This document shows positions 13,559 to 22,519 of a stretch of DNA of 64,000 nt, one piece after another. The notes under the pieces are model-generated. The model was given only the letters and a program-made list of their open reading frames with translations, did not search any database and had not been told where the DNA came from. Position 1 is the first letter of the stretch. Every line of letters starts with the position of its first letter. The stretch is taken from contig JAFZVQ010000079.1 in NCBI GenBank assembly GCA_017617715.1, forward strand, positions 15,484 through 79,483. Reading direction: 5' to 3'. Source of the stretch: Bacteroidales bacterium. GTDB taxonomy: Bacteria; Bacteroidota; Bacteroidia; Bacteroidales; UBA932. The position numbers were made by a program, and so were the translations under genes.

Positions 13559-14002
13559 TTATTTGTTATTAGATATCGCCTTTATTCTTTCAAAATCACC
13601 TTTTGTACAGAGGTGTTTTTGATTAAGCATCTCGCACACTTTATTAAACACTTCACTACTTTTATTTTGACTAGAACCGGTGTTTGAATTCTGCCCAGTA
13701 AATGGAATCTGTTCAAGAGTGTACAATCCGTCTTCACCAAATAGAAACCACGATCCAGCCTCGAAACTGAACCATTTTAAATTGACCCCAATAACTGGAT
13801 ACAATAAAGCCAAATCTATTTCAACGCCCAAATACAGTAATTGTGCATGATTGTCCTGAAGATGCGTACAAACTTTATCAAAGACACAGGGAACAATCTC
13901 CGTACGCATATCATTAGCATACAAGCCCATTTTTTGTGTCTTTCTATCCCATGCAATAAAAGACCATCCGTTAAACGAATTTGGATTAACCTCAATATCC
14001 AT
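13559..14002 (-). CDS. Hypothetical protein (possible single WG-repeat-like segment)
   Basis: 147-aa AT-rich ORF; KMGLY...EIVPCVFD. Confidence 0.6.
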   Translation of the reverse strand: MDIEVNPNSFNGWSFIAWDRKTQKMGLYANDMRTEIVPCVFDKVCTHLQDNHAQLLYLGVEIDLALLYPVIGVNLKWFSFEAGSWFLFGEDGLYTLEQIPFTGQNSNTGSSQNKSSEVFNKVCEMLNQKHLCTKGDFERIKAISNNK

Positions 14003-14091
14003 TTTATTAATCTTTTTCTTAACGCCTACTCTTTAAAGGATTTTCGGCATACTCCTATTTCTTACTTTGAATTCACATCGCTCAAATATCG

Positions 14092-14182
14092 ACGGCCTAC
14101 GGCCGTATAGATCCAGGCTTCGCCGTTTGATGCCAGACGCATAAAGCTGCCGGCTGCCGGGCTGGCTGACGCCTGGCCCGGC
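14092..14182 (-). promoter_or_regulatory. GC-rich hairpins 3' of the candidate DGR variable region
   Basis: On the - strand, GCCGGGC-CAGGCGTCAGCCA-GCCCGGC (14156-14182) starts 2 nt after the stop codon; ACGGCC-GTA-GGCCGT at 14092-14106. Confidence 0.55.
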
Positions 14183-14184
14183 TT

Positions 14185-16494
14185 TTATTCTGTGACGGGA
14201 CGAACCGAGTACCCGTAGTAGCGCCCGCGGTCGCGGTTCCGGTTGACATTGCCGGAATCGAAGTAGAAGTTGTAAGCGGAGTCGCTATTATGGAGGGAGG
14301 AAGACCAGTAGTAGCCCCAGGAACCCACAGCGATGAGGCTGGTGCCGTACCGGTAGCCAGCGGCGGGAAGGAAGATACTGTTGCTGTTTGTCTTGCTGGC
14401 AACGAGTCGGCCGTTCACACCGTTCAGCGTTGTCCACGTCCAGGTGCAGTTCTCCCGCAGTTCTGTCCACTCGGCATCAGTCGGCATTCGCCAACTGCCG
14501 CCCCAATTGACGCGGGCAGCATCGTCCTCTAAGTCAAGAACGTCCTTGAAGTCCGGCGACCCGGTACTATCCGCAAAAGCCCATAATGACATATCGATAC
14601 AATACTTTGTGACCTTGTATCCTTCTCCGTTGTTGTACCATTTGTACCATTTGTACGATGTCGGAAGATAGTATTCTTGGGGCTCAATCTCGCCCCACGC
14701 AAAGTAATTACCGTACTCCTCCGGCTTAATGGCCCCAACATTCATTGTCGCCCACTTGAGACCAGAAGGGAGACCAAGATCAACATAGTCGTGGCCGTTG
14801 GGGATTGTGGCTGTTTCCTTAACTTTAACCTCACAACCAGTCGTTTTGGTAGCGTCAGCAGAATATGCCGTAATTGTGACCATGCCAACAGATACTGCGG
14901 TTACCTTGCCATTGACACTAACTGTAGCTATAGATTCGTCGGAAGAAGACCATGTTACGTTCTTGTAGGTGGCGTTAGCTGGCTGAACGGAGGCCCACAG
15001 GGCTGCTGTCTTTCCGACAACTATTTCAAGAGTAGGGCTGACATCGATGGTTGATACAGGAACTACTTCGCCCTGCACCGGACGTACTCCGAGGCCGAAG
15101 TAGCGGTAGCAGTTGCCGCTGCTTTTGCTGGACGAATCGAGGTATGGTGAAATGGCATAATACGGATAATCCGCTGAAATTGATGAGGTCCAGTAATTGC
15201 CCACAGTTCCGACATCGCTGACCGAAGAGCCGCTAAGCATGCCATTGGCTGGGAGAAAGATGAAGTTGGCTGTATAGCCGGACTTGCGGCTGGTGACCTT
15301 GTAGCCCGGAACTCCGTTCATGGTGGTCCAGGTCCAGGTGCAGTTGCTCTTCAGCTCTTCCCACTCTTCCTTGCTGGGCATACGCCAGTCGTTCCCCCAT
15401 GCGGCGTGGGCGGCATCATCTTCCAAATCAAGGACAGTTTTATGGTCGACAGTGCCATAATTCGCGTCCAGAACATATTCGGAAAACGGGCCGTTCTTGG
15501 CGGTACCATAGCTGTAGTTGCCCCACTTGTATTCACTCTTCGGCGAGGTCTCGCCCCAGGCGAAGTAGTCACCATATTCCTCCGGCCGGGTGGCGCCGAC
15601 GTTGTAACGAGCCCACTTTACGCTCAGGCCAAGGTCAACTTCCACGGGCAGTGAAACTGGAGTCCATTCCTGCATATTGCCAAGGTTAAGTATCTTGAGC
15701 CCGCCATGAACAGAAACCATATTGATAGCTCTCCCGGTCTTCTTGGTGAAGATTAGTTCGTCATTCTCATCATAACAGTCAACAGATATTCCAGCCGGGT
15801 AACTAACAGGAAGGACTGCAATATAGAAATCGGACTCGACGCCGTTCGTGGCTACTGTAACAGATGTGCCGCCCGTGGAGGCGGAAGCAACTGACAGTCT
15901 GCCATCTGCGTAGGATATCTTCAAGTCTCCATTGGTGCCGGCGCTGACGATTTCGCCGTTGTTGCCGGAGAACACCACTTTATGCACCGACGCTGCGGAG
16001 GTGAACTTCAGCACTGCCGCGGCATTGTGGAACTGCAGGTTGGGATTCTCAATGTCATCTGAGAACGCTGCACATACGTGGGCTTCAGCGAACGAAGTGT
16101 AACTCTGGTTGCTCTTGACGGGAGAGCTCACATACATGCAGTCAGCAATGCTGGTGCTACTTTTGAGTTGGGCGGCTCCGTAGACGGCATTGATGAATTC
16201 ATCCGAACGCCCGCGCGGGATGGTCACATAGGCTTTGTCGCCGGAGAGACTCACTGAAGCCGCTGCCGCGTTGGACTGGTTCGGCTGGGTATAGTATTTA
16301 ATTCCGTCGCCTTCGTTCCAGCTGACGGAGCGCTTGCTGCCTGTGCCGGAGAGTTCAGTCTTGGTGGGTTCGCTGAAACTGAGATCATACCGGCGGAAGA
16401 GGTCTGACACGGAATCGGACTGGATTTCCTTTGCGCATGAAGCGGCCACCACGACAAAGATGGCCAGGGCCAATAGTTTAAACAATCTTTTCAT
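14185..16494 (-). CDS. Fimbrillin-like lipoprotein with two CLec-type (VDLGL..KWA..NVGA) domains and a Big_2 Ig domain; candidate DGR target
   Basis: Lipobox AASC; PTKT..SW..GD fimbrillin N-terminus; repeated VDLGL..KWA..NVGA..PEEYG.YFAWGE / WRMP..EW.EL; C-terminus IFLPAAGYR..YYWSSS..YYGYSVRPVTE. Confidence 0.85.
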   Translation of the reverse strand: MKRLFKLLALAIFVVVAASCAKEIQSDSVSDLFRRYDLSFSEPTKTELSGTGSKRSVSWNEGDGIKYYTQPNQSNAAAASVSLSGDKAYVTIPRGRSDEFINAVYGAAQLKSSTSIADCMYVSSPVKSNQSYTSFAEAHVCAAFSDDIENPNLQFHNAAAVLKFTSAASVHKVVFSGNNGEIVSAGTNGDLKISYADGRLSVASASTGGTSVTVATNGVESDFYIAVLPVSYPAGISVDCYDENDELIFTKKTGRAINMVSVHGGLKILNLGNMQEWTPVSLPVEVDLGLSVKWARYNVGATRPEEYGDYFAWGETSPKSEYKWGNYSYGTAKNGPFSEYVLDANYGTVDHKTVLDLEDDAAHAAWGNDWRMPSKEEWEELKSNCTWTWTTMNGVPGYKVTSRKSGYTANFIFLPANGMLSGSSVSDVGTVGNYWTSSISADYPYYAISPYLDSSSKSSGNCYRYFGLGVRPVQGEVVPVSTIDVSPTLEIVVGKTAALWASVQPANATYKNVTWSSSDESIATVSVNGKVTAVSVGMVTITAYSADATKTTGCEVKVKETATIPNGHDYVDLGLPSGLKWATMNVGAIKPEEYGNYFAWGEIEPQEYYLPTSYKWYKWYNNGEGYKVTKYCIDMSLWAFADSTGSPDFKDVLDLEDDAARVNWGGSWRMPTDAEWTELRENCTWTWTTLNGVNGRLVASKTNSNSIFLPAAGYRYGTSLIAVGSWGYYWSSSLHNSDSAYNFYFDSGNVNRNRDRGRYYGYSVRPVTE

Positions 16495-16506
16495 TGGACT
16501 CAAGTC

Positions 16507-16644
16507 TTAAGGATTAACAGTCCAGTCTACTTCCTGATAGAGGAAGTCATCGATCCCGGAATCATAGCTGTCGCACAGCAATTCTTCCCAATGTACTTCG
16601 TAGGCCTCGCACTTGGGGATGTAATATGATAATAACTTATTCAT
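16507..16644 (-). CDS. Unannotated 45-aa microprotein (YxxP-CEA...LCD)
   Basis: Manual translation MNKLLSYYIPKCEAYEVHWEELLCDSYDSGIDDFLYQEVDWTVNP; stop 12 nt before the lipoprotein ATG; paralog at 34359-34499. Confidence 0.75.
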   Translation of the reverse strand: MNKLLSYYIPKCEAYEVHWEELLCDSYDSGIDDFLYQEVDWTVNP

Positions 16645-16657
16645 GGACAATTATTTA

Positions 16658-17575
16658 TTAGCAAATTGCAACGAACTGAGCTAATTGAAACAGCGCTTTG
16701 AGCGCTTTATTGCTAGACAAGAAAGGCACGGTTGAGAGATTGGCTGTTTTTATGTCGAATGCAATGGGGACATGAAGGAAGTCCTCCATTGATAAGATTG
16801 AGGAGAGGTTTCCATTAATTATTTTTCCAACACTCCAAAGAAGGAAATCCAATTCATCATAAGAAAGACCGCCAAGCGCTGACCTAAGTTTGTCTATGAC
16901 GACAATATAATCGACAATGGATTGTTTGTAATTTGGCAACGGTATGCTGAACAAAAAGAGTTTCCACATAATCGGGATCATCTCTATTACCACAGAATCG
17001 TAAATTGGGAAACTATATACCGTTAGAAAATAAGCATACTTTGTAATAAGTGACCAGGCTCTCTTATTTGACGCCCTATGAGATTCTGTACCATAACCTT
17101 CTGCAAACAAGTTAGATTGGGTGGGCCTTTGCCCATCACGATAGAACTTAATATTGGCTTTCAAATAGTCAAAATGATCAATATCATGATCTACAAGAAA
17201 ATCATTCAATAAGGACTTGAAATGAGAATCAGGGCCGAACAATGATATTGCGTCCGCCAATTCGCCTATCCCGTAGGGACGCATTCTCATTTGAGTAGCA
17301 TACATATTGTCTATCAATGTCAGCCTATTTAGGATAAGGCTAAAATAATTACAAGAGTTAGCGGCCCCTTCTCCAAAAGCGCAGTGAATAGCTTGTTTAT
17401 TTAAGTAATACTCGGAATAATAGGTTTTATTCTGTGTTTTATTTGATTGCCGATATTCCGTGACAACATAGTCGATTAACGGTATACATGTAGAGCCCAA
17501 TTCTTTGGGTGAAATGTCATACAAGGAATAATCTCCATTTTGAATGGCTGTTTGAAGAGTGATGACGCTATCCAT
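16658..17575 (-). CDS. Hypothetical protein, HhH/OGG-like DNA glycosylase-fold candidate
   Basis: AT-rich; IDNMYATQM, SLITKYAYF..FPIYDS, YDELDFLLWSVGK; start set at MDSVIT. Confidence 0.55.
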   Translation of the reverse strand: MDSVITLQTAIQNGDYSLYDISPKELGSTCIPLIDYVVTEYRQSNKTQNKTYYSEYYLNKQAIHCAFGEGAANSCNYFSLILNRLTLIDNMYATQMRMRPYGIGELADAISLFGPDSHFKSLLNDFLVDHDIDHFDYLKANIKFYRDGQRPTQSNLFAEGYGTESHRASNKRAWSLITKYAYFLTVYSFPIYDSVVIEMIPIMWKLFLFSIPLPNYKQSIVDYIVVIDKLRSALGGLSYDELDFLLWSVGKIINGNLSSILSMEDFLHVPIAFDIKTANLSTVPFLSSNKALKALFQLAQFVAIC

Positions 17576-17620
17576 TGATACTGCATTTGCCCGGCGCCCC
17601 ACTTGCCGGTATCAATAAAC

Positions 17621-17850
17621 GCAAAAGTGTGGAGCCGTTTTCGCTATAATCTGGCAGAACGTTCTGGACAAACGCAAAACAAGAAGATAGGATCGTACTC
17701 CACACTCGTCCGATATGAAGTACGATGAAGCAAAAAAGCCCACCGGCCCATAATCACAAGACGAGCGGAGTGTTCAAACGACCGGTCCCTTGTTTTTGGT
17801 TTTGTAAATTGTCCAGATTTACTGCCAAGGACGGCGAAAAACACTTTCGC
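17621..17850 (-). ncRNA. Long imperfect rod-like hairpin in the 5' leader (candidate cis-regulatory or antitoxin RNA)
   Basis: Nested complementary blocks aaagtgt/acacttt, tttcgc/gcgaaa, tggcag/ctgcca, tctggaca/tgtccaga, caaaac/gttttg, actcc..ctcgtc/gacgag..ggagt. Confidence 0.55.
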
Positions 17851-17890
17851 AATATGTAATGCCATCGGCCACAGCGGCTTCAGGCACTCG

Positions 17891-17898
17891 CAAATATA
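17891..17898 (-). promoter_or_regulatory. Bacteroidota -7 promoter element TATATTTG
   Basis: caaatata on + strand; matches TAnnTTTG and points into the hairpin leader. Confidence 0.65.
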
Positions 17899-17975
17899 CA
17901 AAAAAGCGCCGAATCTTTACGCCTTCGGTGGTTATTTTATAGTTCTTCTGTAGGAGAGGTTGCTACCACAAATCT

Positions 17976-18148
17976 GTGGCCGCCCATGGCCACCCCGAAG
18001 GGCAAATGGTTTAGAAGTCGTCTCGCAGAGACGGGAGGGGCCCACAAGCGTCAGAGAGTCTGAGAGGAACGCCTCTCAGTCCCCTGGGGGTGCAGGGGGA
18101 TAGTAGTTTCGCTCTGCGAAGCAGAGGGACGAGCGAAGCGAAGGTGGA
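17976..18148 (+). repeat. Modular palindromic repeat, copy 1 (with internal hairpin insertions)
   Basis: Blocks GTGGCCGCCCRTGGCC, ACGGGAGGGGCCCACAAGCGT and GAGGGACGAGCGAAGCGAAGGTGGA shared with 49740-49871. Confidence 0.8.
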
Positions 18149-18174
18149 GCCACGGTACCCTCAGCCTCCGGGAA

Positions 18175-18361
18175 AGATTCTTCGCTTCGCTCAGAATGAC
18201 ATGATGTGGACGGGGAAGGTCCCGAGCGACTTTGAAATTGCGAGCGGAGGCGAAGCAATTTTGTAGCAGGAGCGAGGGACCTTTCCCGACCGGGAGATTC
18301 TTCGCTTCGCTCAGGATGACAACGGGAACAGATCCTTCGCTACGCTCAGGATGACAAAAGG
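18175..18361 (-). repeat. Cluster of three REP-like units plus a GGGAAGGTCCC..GGGACCTTTCCC hairpin, right border of island
   Basis: agattcttcgcttcgctcagaatgaca, agattcttcgcttcgctcaggatgaca, agatccttcgctacgctcaggatgaca. Confidence 0.85.
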
Positions 18362-18417
18362 AGCACTCAGCCCTGACAAAGGCTGAGCGCTGATTGACTG
18401 GATTGCTGTTGGAGGCT

Positions 18418-18861
<444 letters not shown>

Positions 18862-18879
18862 TTATTATAATTTAATTGT

Positions 18880-20595
18880 TTATTTCTGTAAAGGACTATA
18901 TGCGCGTCCCTTGCCGATGTAGCCGGAGTTCTTGAAGAACTCCAGGAAGTTGAGTCGCAAAGGATGCACGAAAGCCCCAAGGCAGCACATCGCAAGATTC
19001 AGCGCATGCCCGATCACGAGGATAAGAACAAAGGCGAACCAGCCGATGCCGAAAGAACCGTCGCCAAGGGTCATTGAGGCGATGTCGTTGAAAGCCTTGC
19101 CGAGCATGCCACCGGCGAGGCCGAGAGCGTAGAGGCGGAGATAACTCAGCACGTCTCCAAGCAGGCCGGTCACTGTGTTATAGGTCTCCCAGAGGCCTGA
19201 GCCTATGTTTTTAAGCGGATTACGCGTGATGTCGTTGAAGAGGAATATGCCAAGGGCGGACACTATGCCGAGGCCTATGATTATCCACTTTATCACTTCC
19301 GACGGCAGCAAGCTGAACAATGCCAACGCGCCCACTACCACGCCGCCGACTATCAGCAAAGTCCAGCCCCAGACACCCAGGGAGCCCAGGAAGCCCTTGT
19401 TGCGGGTGGCGTAAACGGTCTTCACCACCATGGCCAGGCAAAGATGGACTACGCCAATGATTAGCGCCAGCACCATTTGCGCCTCGAAACCACCGATCTT
19501 TCCAGTGACCATAACAGCTTTGAGCCAGCCGGGAATCCAGGGAAGGGCGGAGATATCGACACCGAAGAAGGTATGCATCACAATACCCACGACGAAGGTG
19601 CCGACACCGAGAATGGTCACAAGCGGTGCAAGATTCTTCATGCTCTCCACCTTACGGAGCAGAATGCCGCCGATAATAAGCAGCAGGCCATAGCCCGCAT
19701 CGCCCATACACATGGCGAAGAAAAGCAGGAAGAAGACAGAAATGTATGGAGTCGGGTCAAACTCGTTGTAGTCCGGCCGGCCATACATATCAGTCAGCAT
19801 TTCGAACTGCCTGACAAACTTATTGTTCTTAAGCTTAATAGGAGGGTTGTCTTCAACAACGGCTTCAGCTGAAGTCCACACGCAGGGCATATTGTCGAAA
19901 GCAGCGGCAAGCCTCTCTTTCTCGCTTGCGGGAGCGAACCCTTCGAATACAGTCAAAGCGCCGTCTGCGGCGGACTCGCCGCCCACTCCGGCAAGATAAC
20001 GGCCCAGTTCGCCGCTGATTTCCGACTCCCTGGCCCGCAGGTCAGGCAGAGTGCTGCGCAGGCCCTCAAGCTGCTTGCGGTATTCCTCGATTTCGGCATC
20101 CTTCCGGGCTAGAAGCACCTCAGCCTCGCCAACACTCATGGAAGGCGCAGGCAGGGGTGCAACAGGCAACTCGGCCGGGCCGAAAACAACGAACCAGGTC
20201 TTGCCTTTGGCTGAATCCAGAATCTCAAGGGGATACTGATCTGCCCACGAACTGTCAAAGCGTTTGTCGGCTACGGAATAAAAATGGACCGGAATGCCGA
20301 GAGACTCAAGTTTCCGCTTGTCATAATCGCCCCAGTGGGAAAGTGAATCCACGTCCCTGGCAAGGTCGGAGCGCTCGGCTTTGAGTTCCTGCAAACGGGC
20401 GTCACTCCCTTTTGAAATTCGTCTGATTTCAGCCCTGACGGCCTCAAGCTCAGACAGGAGGGCATCAGACTTCGCGTCCACAGGCTTGGCAGAACGGGTG
20501 ATGTCCATAACGCCGAGCGTGCCGAGCTCCCGGATGAATTCTTCTTTCTGCCCGGACAGCAGAATGAAGTCGTAGCGCGTCATTTTTTCTATCAT
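18880..20595 (-). CDS. atpI: V/A-type ATP synthase subunit I
   Basis: YG.P.YNEFDPTP, GDAGYG, GDVLSYLRLYALGLA, FVHPLRLNFLEFF. Confidence 0.95.
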   Translation of the reverse strand: MIEKMTRYDFILLSGQKEEFIRELGTLGVMDITRSAKPVDAKSDALLSELEAVRAEIRRISKGSDARLQELKAERSDLARDVDSLSHWGDYDKRKLESLGIPVHFYSVADKRFDSSWADQYPLEILDSAKGKTWFVVFGPAELPVAPLPAPSMSVGEAEVLLARKDAEIEEYRKQLEGLRSTLPDLRARESEISGELGRYLAGVGGESAADGALTVFEGFAPASEKERLAAAFDNMPCVWTSAEAVVEDNPPIKLKNNKFVRQFEMLTDMYGRPDYNEFDPTPYISVFFLLFFAMCMGDAGYGLLLIIGGILLRKVESMKNLAPLVTILGVGTFVVGIVMHTFFGVDISALPWIPGWLKAVMVTGKIGGFEAQMVLALIIGVVHLCLAMVVKTVYATRNKGFLGSLGVWGWTLLIVGGVVVGALALFSLLPSEVIKWIIIGLGIVSALGIFLFNDITRNPLKNIGSGLWETYNTVTGLLGDVLSYLRLYALGLAGGMLGKAFNDIASMTLGDGSFGIGWFAFVLILVIGHALNLAMCCLGAFVHPLRLNFLEFFKNSGYIGKGRAYSPLQK

Positions 20596-21200
20596 GCCTC
20601 GTCCTCCTCTTCTTGCACTGCGTGCCTTTCCTTCACTATCTTGGAAGATGCCTTGGAGAGATTCTCCTCGTCTTCCATATAGCGTTTTATCTTACGTATG
20701 GCCTCCTGATAACCGGGAATCTGGACTTTCTCGTAGAGGTTGACCTTCTGCGTAGTCTTCTTGCGGTTGAATTCAAGGATGCGGCGCCGCTCCTCGGACA
20801 CTTCCGACTCTATTTCCAGAGTGCTGAGTTCCTTCAGGATACGCACGCCGTCGATATACCAGGCGGGCTTTACGAAGGCATTGAAGGATGCAAGTGCGAA
20901 GTCAATGCCGTCGAGCACGGGAGCCTTCACACCGGCGATCTTGACAGTCTTAAGATGTATGTCCGTGATATGGATGAGCCCGGGGTCGAATTCATTCCAG
21001 AGGGCGGCAAGATAGTCGTACTCCCGCATCTTCGCCTCCAGGGCATCGGCCTGTGCCTGGGCCTCGGCTTTGGCTGCGATCACGCTGACGCGCAGCGCCG
21101 ACTCCTTGTTCTTCAGGGTCGGGAGCGCATTCTGCCTGACCTTCAGCTGCTTGCCAAGGTTGGTCAAGGATGTCTTGTTGTATTGAAACTTTATTGCCAT
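20592..21200 (-). CDS. atpD: V/A-type ATP synthase subunit D
   Basis: LPTLKNKE, KTTQKVNLYEKVQIP; operon position. Confidence 0.95.
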   Translation of the reverse strand: MAIKFQYNKTSLTNLGKQLKVRQNALPTLKNKESALRVSVIAAKAEAQAQADALEAKMREYDYLAALWNEFDPGLIHITDIHLKTVKIAGVKAPVLDGIDFALASFNAFVKPAWYIDGVRILKELSTLEIESEVSEERRRILEFNRKKTTQKVNLYEKVQIPGYQEAIRKIKRYMEDEENLSKASSKIVKERHAVQEEEDEA

Positions 21201-22519
21201 CAGGCTTTCCAGTACTTATCGATCAGCGTCTGCTTTATGCCGGTCTCGGCGGGGGAGAAGTACTTGGCGAAGAGACGCCAGGCGGTGTCGAGCATTTCCT
21301 CAATGGTGATATTGACGTCGATGCTGAGAATCTGCGTAGCATAATCCTTTGCATAGTCCAGGCAGCGGAGATCGTAGTCGGACAGGTCGAAACCGTTCTG
21401 GAGCTTGGTCTTGGCATTCTGGGCATCGGCATACAGGCGCACTCCGGCGTTCATCACCTGGCTGTGGTCCTCACGTGTCTTCTTGCCCTGGACGAGCTGC
21501 TTGAGGCGGCTCAGGCTCCTGAAAGGATCCACGATGACCTTGCCGGAATCTGAATCGGCACGCAGGAATATCTGGCCTTCGGTGATATAGCCGGTGTTGT
21601 CCGGAATAGCGTGCGTGATGTCTCCGTCGTTGAGCGTCGTGACGGCAATGATCGTGATGGAGCCGCCGTCAGGCAGCTGGACTGCCTTTTCGTAGATCTT
21701 TGCGAGGTCGGAATAAAGCGAGCCCGGCATCGAATCCTTCGAAGGAATCTGGTCCATACGGTTGCTGACTATCGACAGCGCATCAGCGTACAGCGTCATA
21801 TCCGTCAGCAGCACCAGCACCTTCTCATTCTTGTCAACGGCGAAATACTCAGCGGCTGTCAAGGCCATGTCGGGAATGAGCAGACGCTCCACAGGGGGCT
21901 CCTCCGTAGTATTCACGAAGGAGACTATCCTGTCAAGGGCTCCGGCGCTCTCGAAAGCATGGCGGAAGAACAGATAGTCGTCGTTGGACAGGCCCATGCC
22001 GCCAAGTATAATCTTGTCCACATCCGCACGCAACGCCACATCGGCCATCACCTGATTGTAGGGCTGGTCGGGATCGGCGAAGAACGGAATCTTCTGGCCG
22101 GATACCAGGGTGTTGTTGAGATCGATGCCGGCTATACCGGTGGGAATCAGTTCACTGGGCTGGCGACGCTTGTACGGGTTCACGGAGGGACCGCCGGCTT
22201 CGCGCTCCTCGCCTTCCACCTCGGGGCCGCCGTCGATAGGCTTGCCGTAGGCGTTGAAGAAACGCCCTGAAAGCTGGTCGCTGACCTTGAGGGTAGGAGG
22301 CTGACCGAAGAAGCTTACCTCTGCGTCGGTGGGCACGCCTTCGGTGCCGGAAAACACCTGCAGGGTCACGCGGTCGCCGCGGGTTTTGACCACCTGAGCC
22401 AGTTTGCCGCCCACGGTGGCGAGCTCTTCGTTCGCTACTCCGGAGGCGTCGAGCGACACAGTCGCCTTTGTGATGGCCTGGAGCTTCGTGTATATGCGTT
22501 GATATGCTTTAGTTGCCAT
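21200..22519 (-). CDS. atpB: V/A-type ATP synthase subunit B
   Basis: GQKIPFF, LTDMT.YADAL, PDNTGYITEGQ, SLSRLK. Confidence 0.96.
   Translation of the reverse strand: MATKAYQRIYTKLQAITKATVSLDASGVANEELATVGGKLAQVVKTRGDRVTLQVFSGTEGVPTDAEVSFFGQPPTLKVSDQLSGRFFNAYGKPIDGGPEVEGEEREAGGPSVNPYKRRQPSELIPTGIAGIDLNNTLVSGQKIPFFADPDQPYNQVMADVALRADVDKIILGGMGLSNDDYLFFRHAFESAGALDRIVSFVNTTEEPPVERLLIPDMALTAAEYFAVDKNEKVLVLLTDMTLYADALSIVSNRMDQIPSKDSMPGSLYSDLAKIYEKAVQLPDGGSITIIAVTTLNDGDITHAIPDNTGYITEGQIFLRADSDSGKVIVDPFRSLSRLKQLVQGKKTREDHSQVMNAGVRLYADAQNAKTKLQNGFDLSDYDLRCLDYAKDYATQILSIDVNITIEEMLDTAWRLFAKYFSPAETGIKQTLIDKYWKA

Larger units (their letters stand above)
12636..18361. mobile_element. Accessory island bounded by inverted REP-like doublets (no integrase or transposase)
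   Basis: Visibly AT-rich cargo genes, all on the minus strand, between gpsA and atpK; inverted 38-bp borders. Confidence 0.5.

Noticed and set aside
15063-15260. First CLec domain end as a possible DGR template repeat
   Set aside because: Coding, highly diverged from 14185-14380 and not AAC-rich; differences are not adenine-specific
12902-17575. Co-oriented AT-rich genes as integron cassettes
   Set aside because: No repeated attC-like site between the genes and no integrase
17644-17901. 85-aa ORF across the long hairpin
   Set aside because: Its TTG start lies at the promoter element itself; the region is better explained as structured non-coding sequence
18175-18361. Three ~27-bp repeats resembling a mini CRISPR array
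   Set aside because: Spacers are highly unequal (about 93 and 8 nt), there are no cas genes, and the same unit occurs dispersed: REP-like
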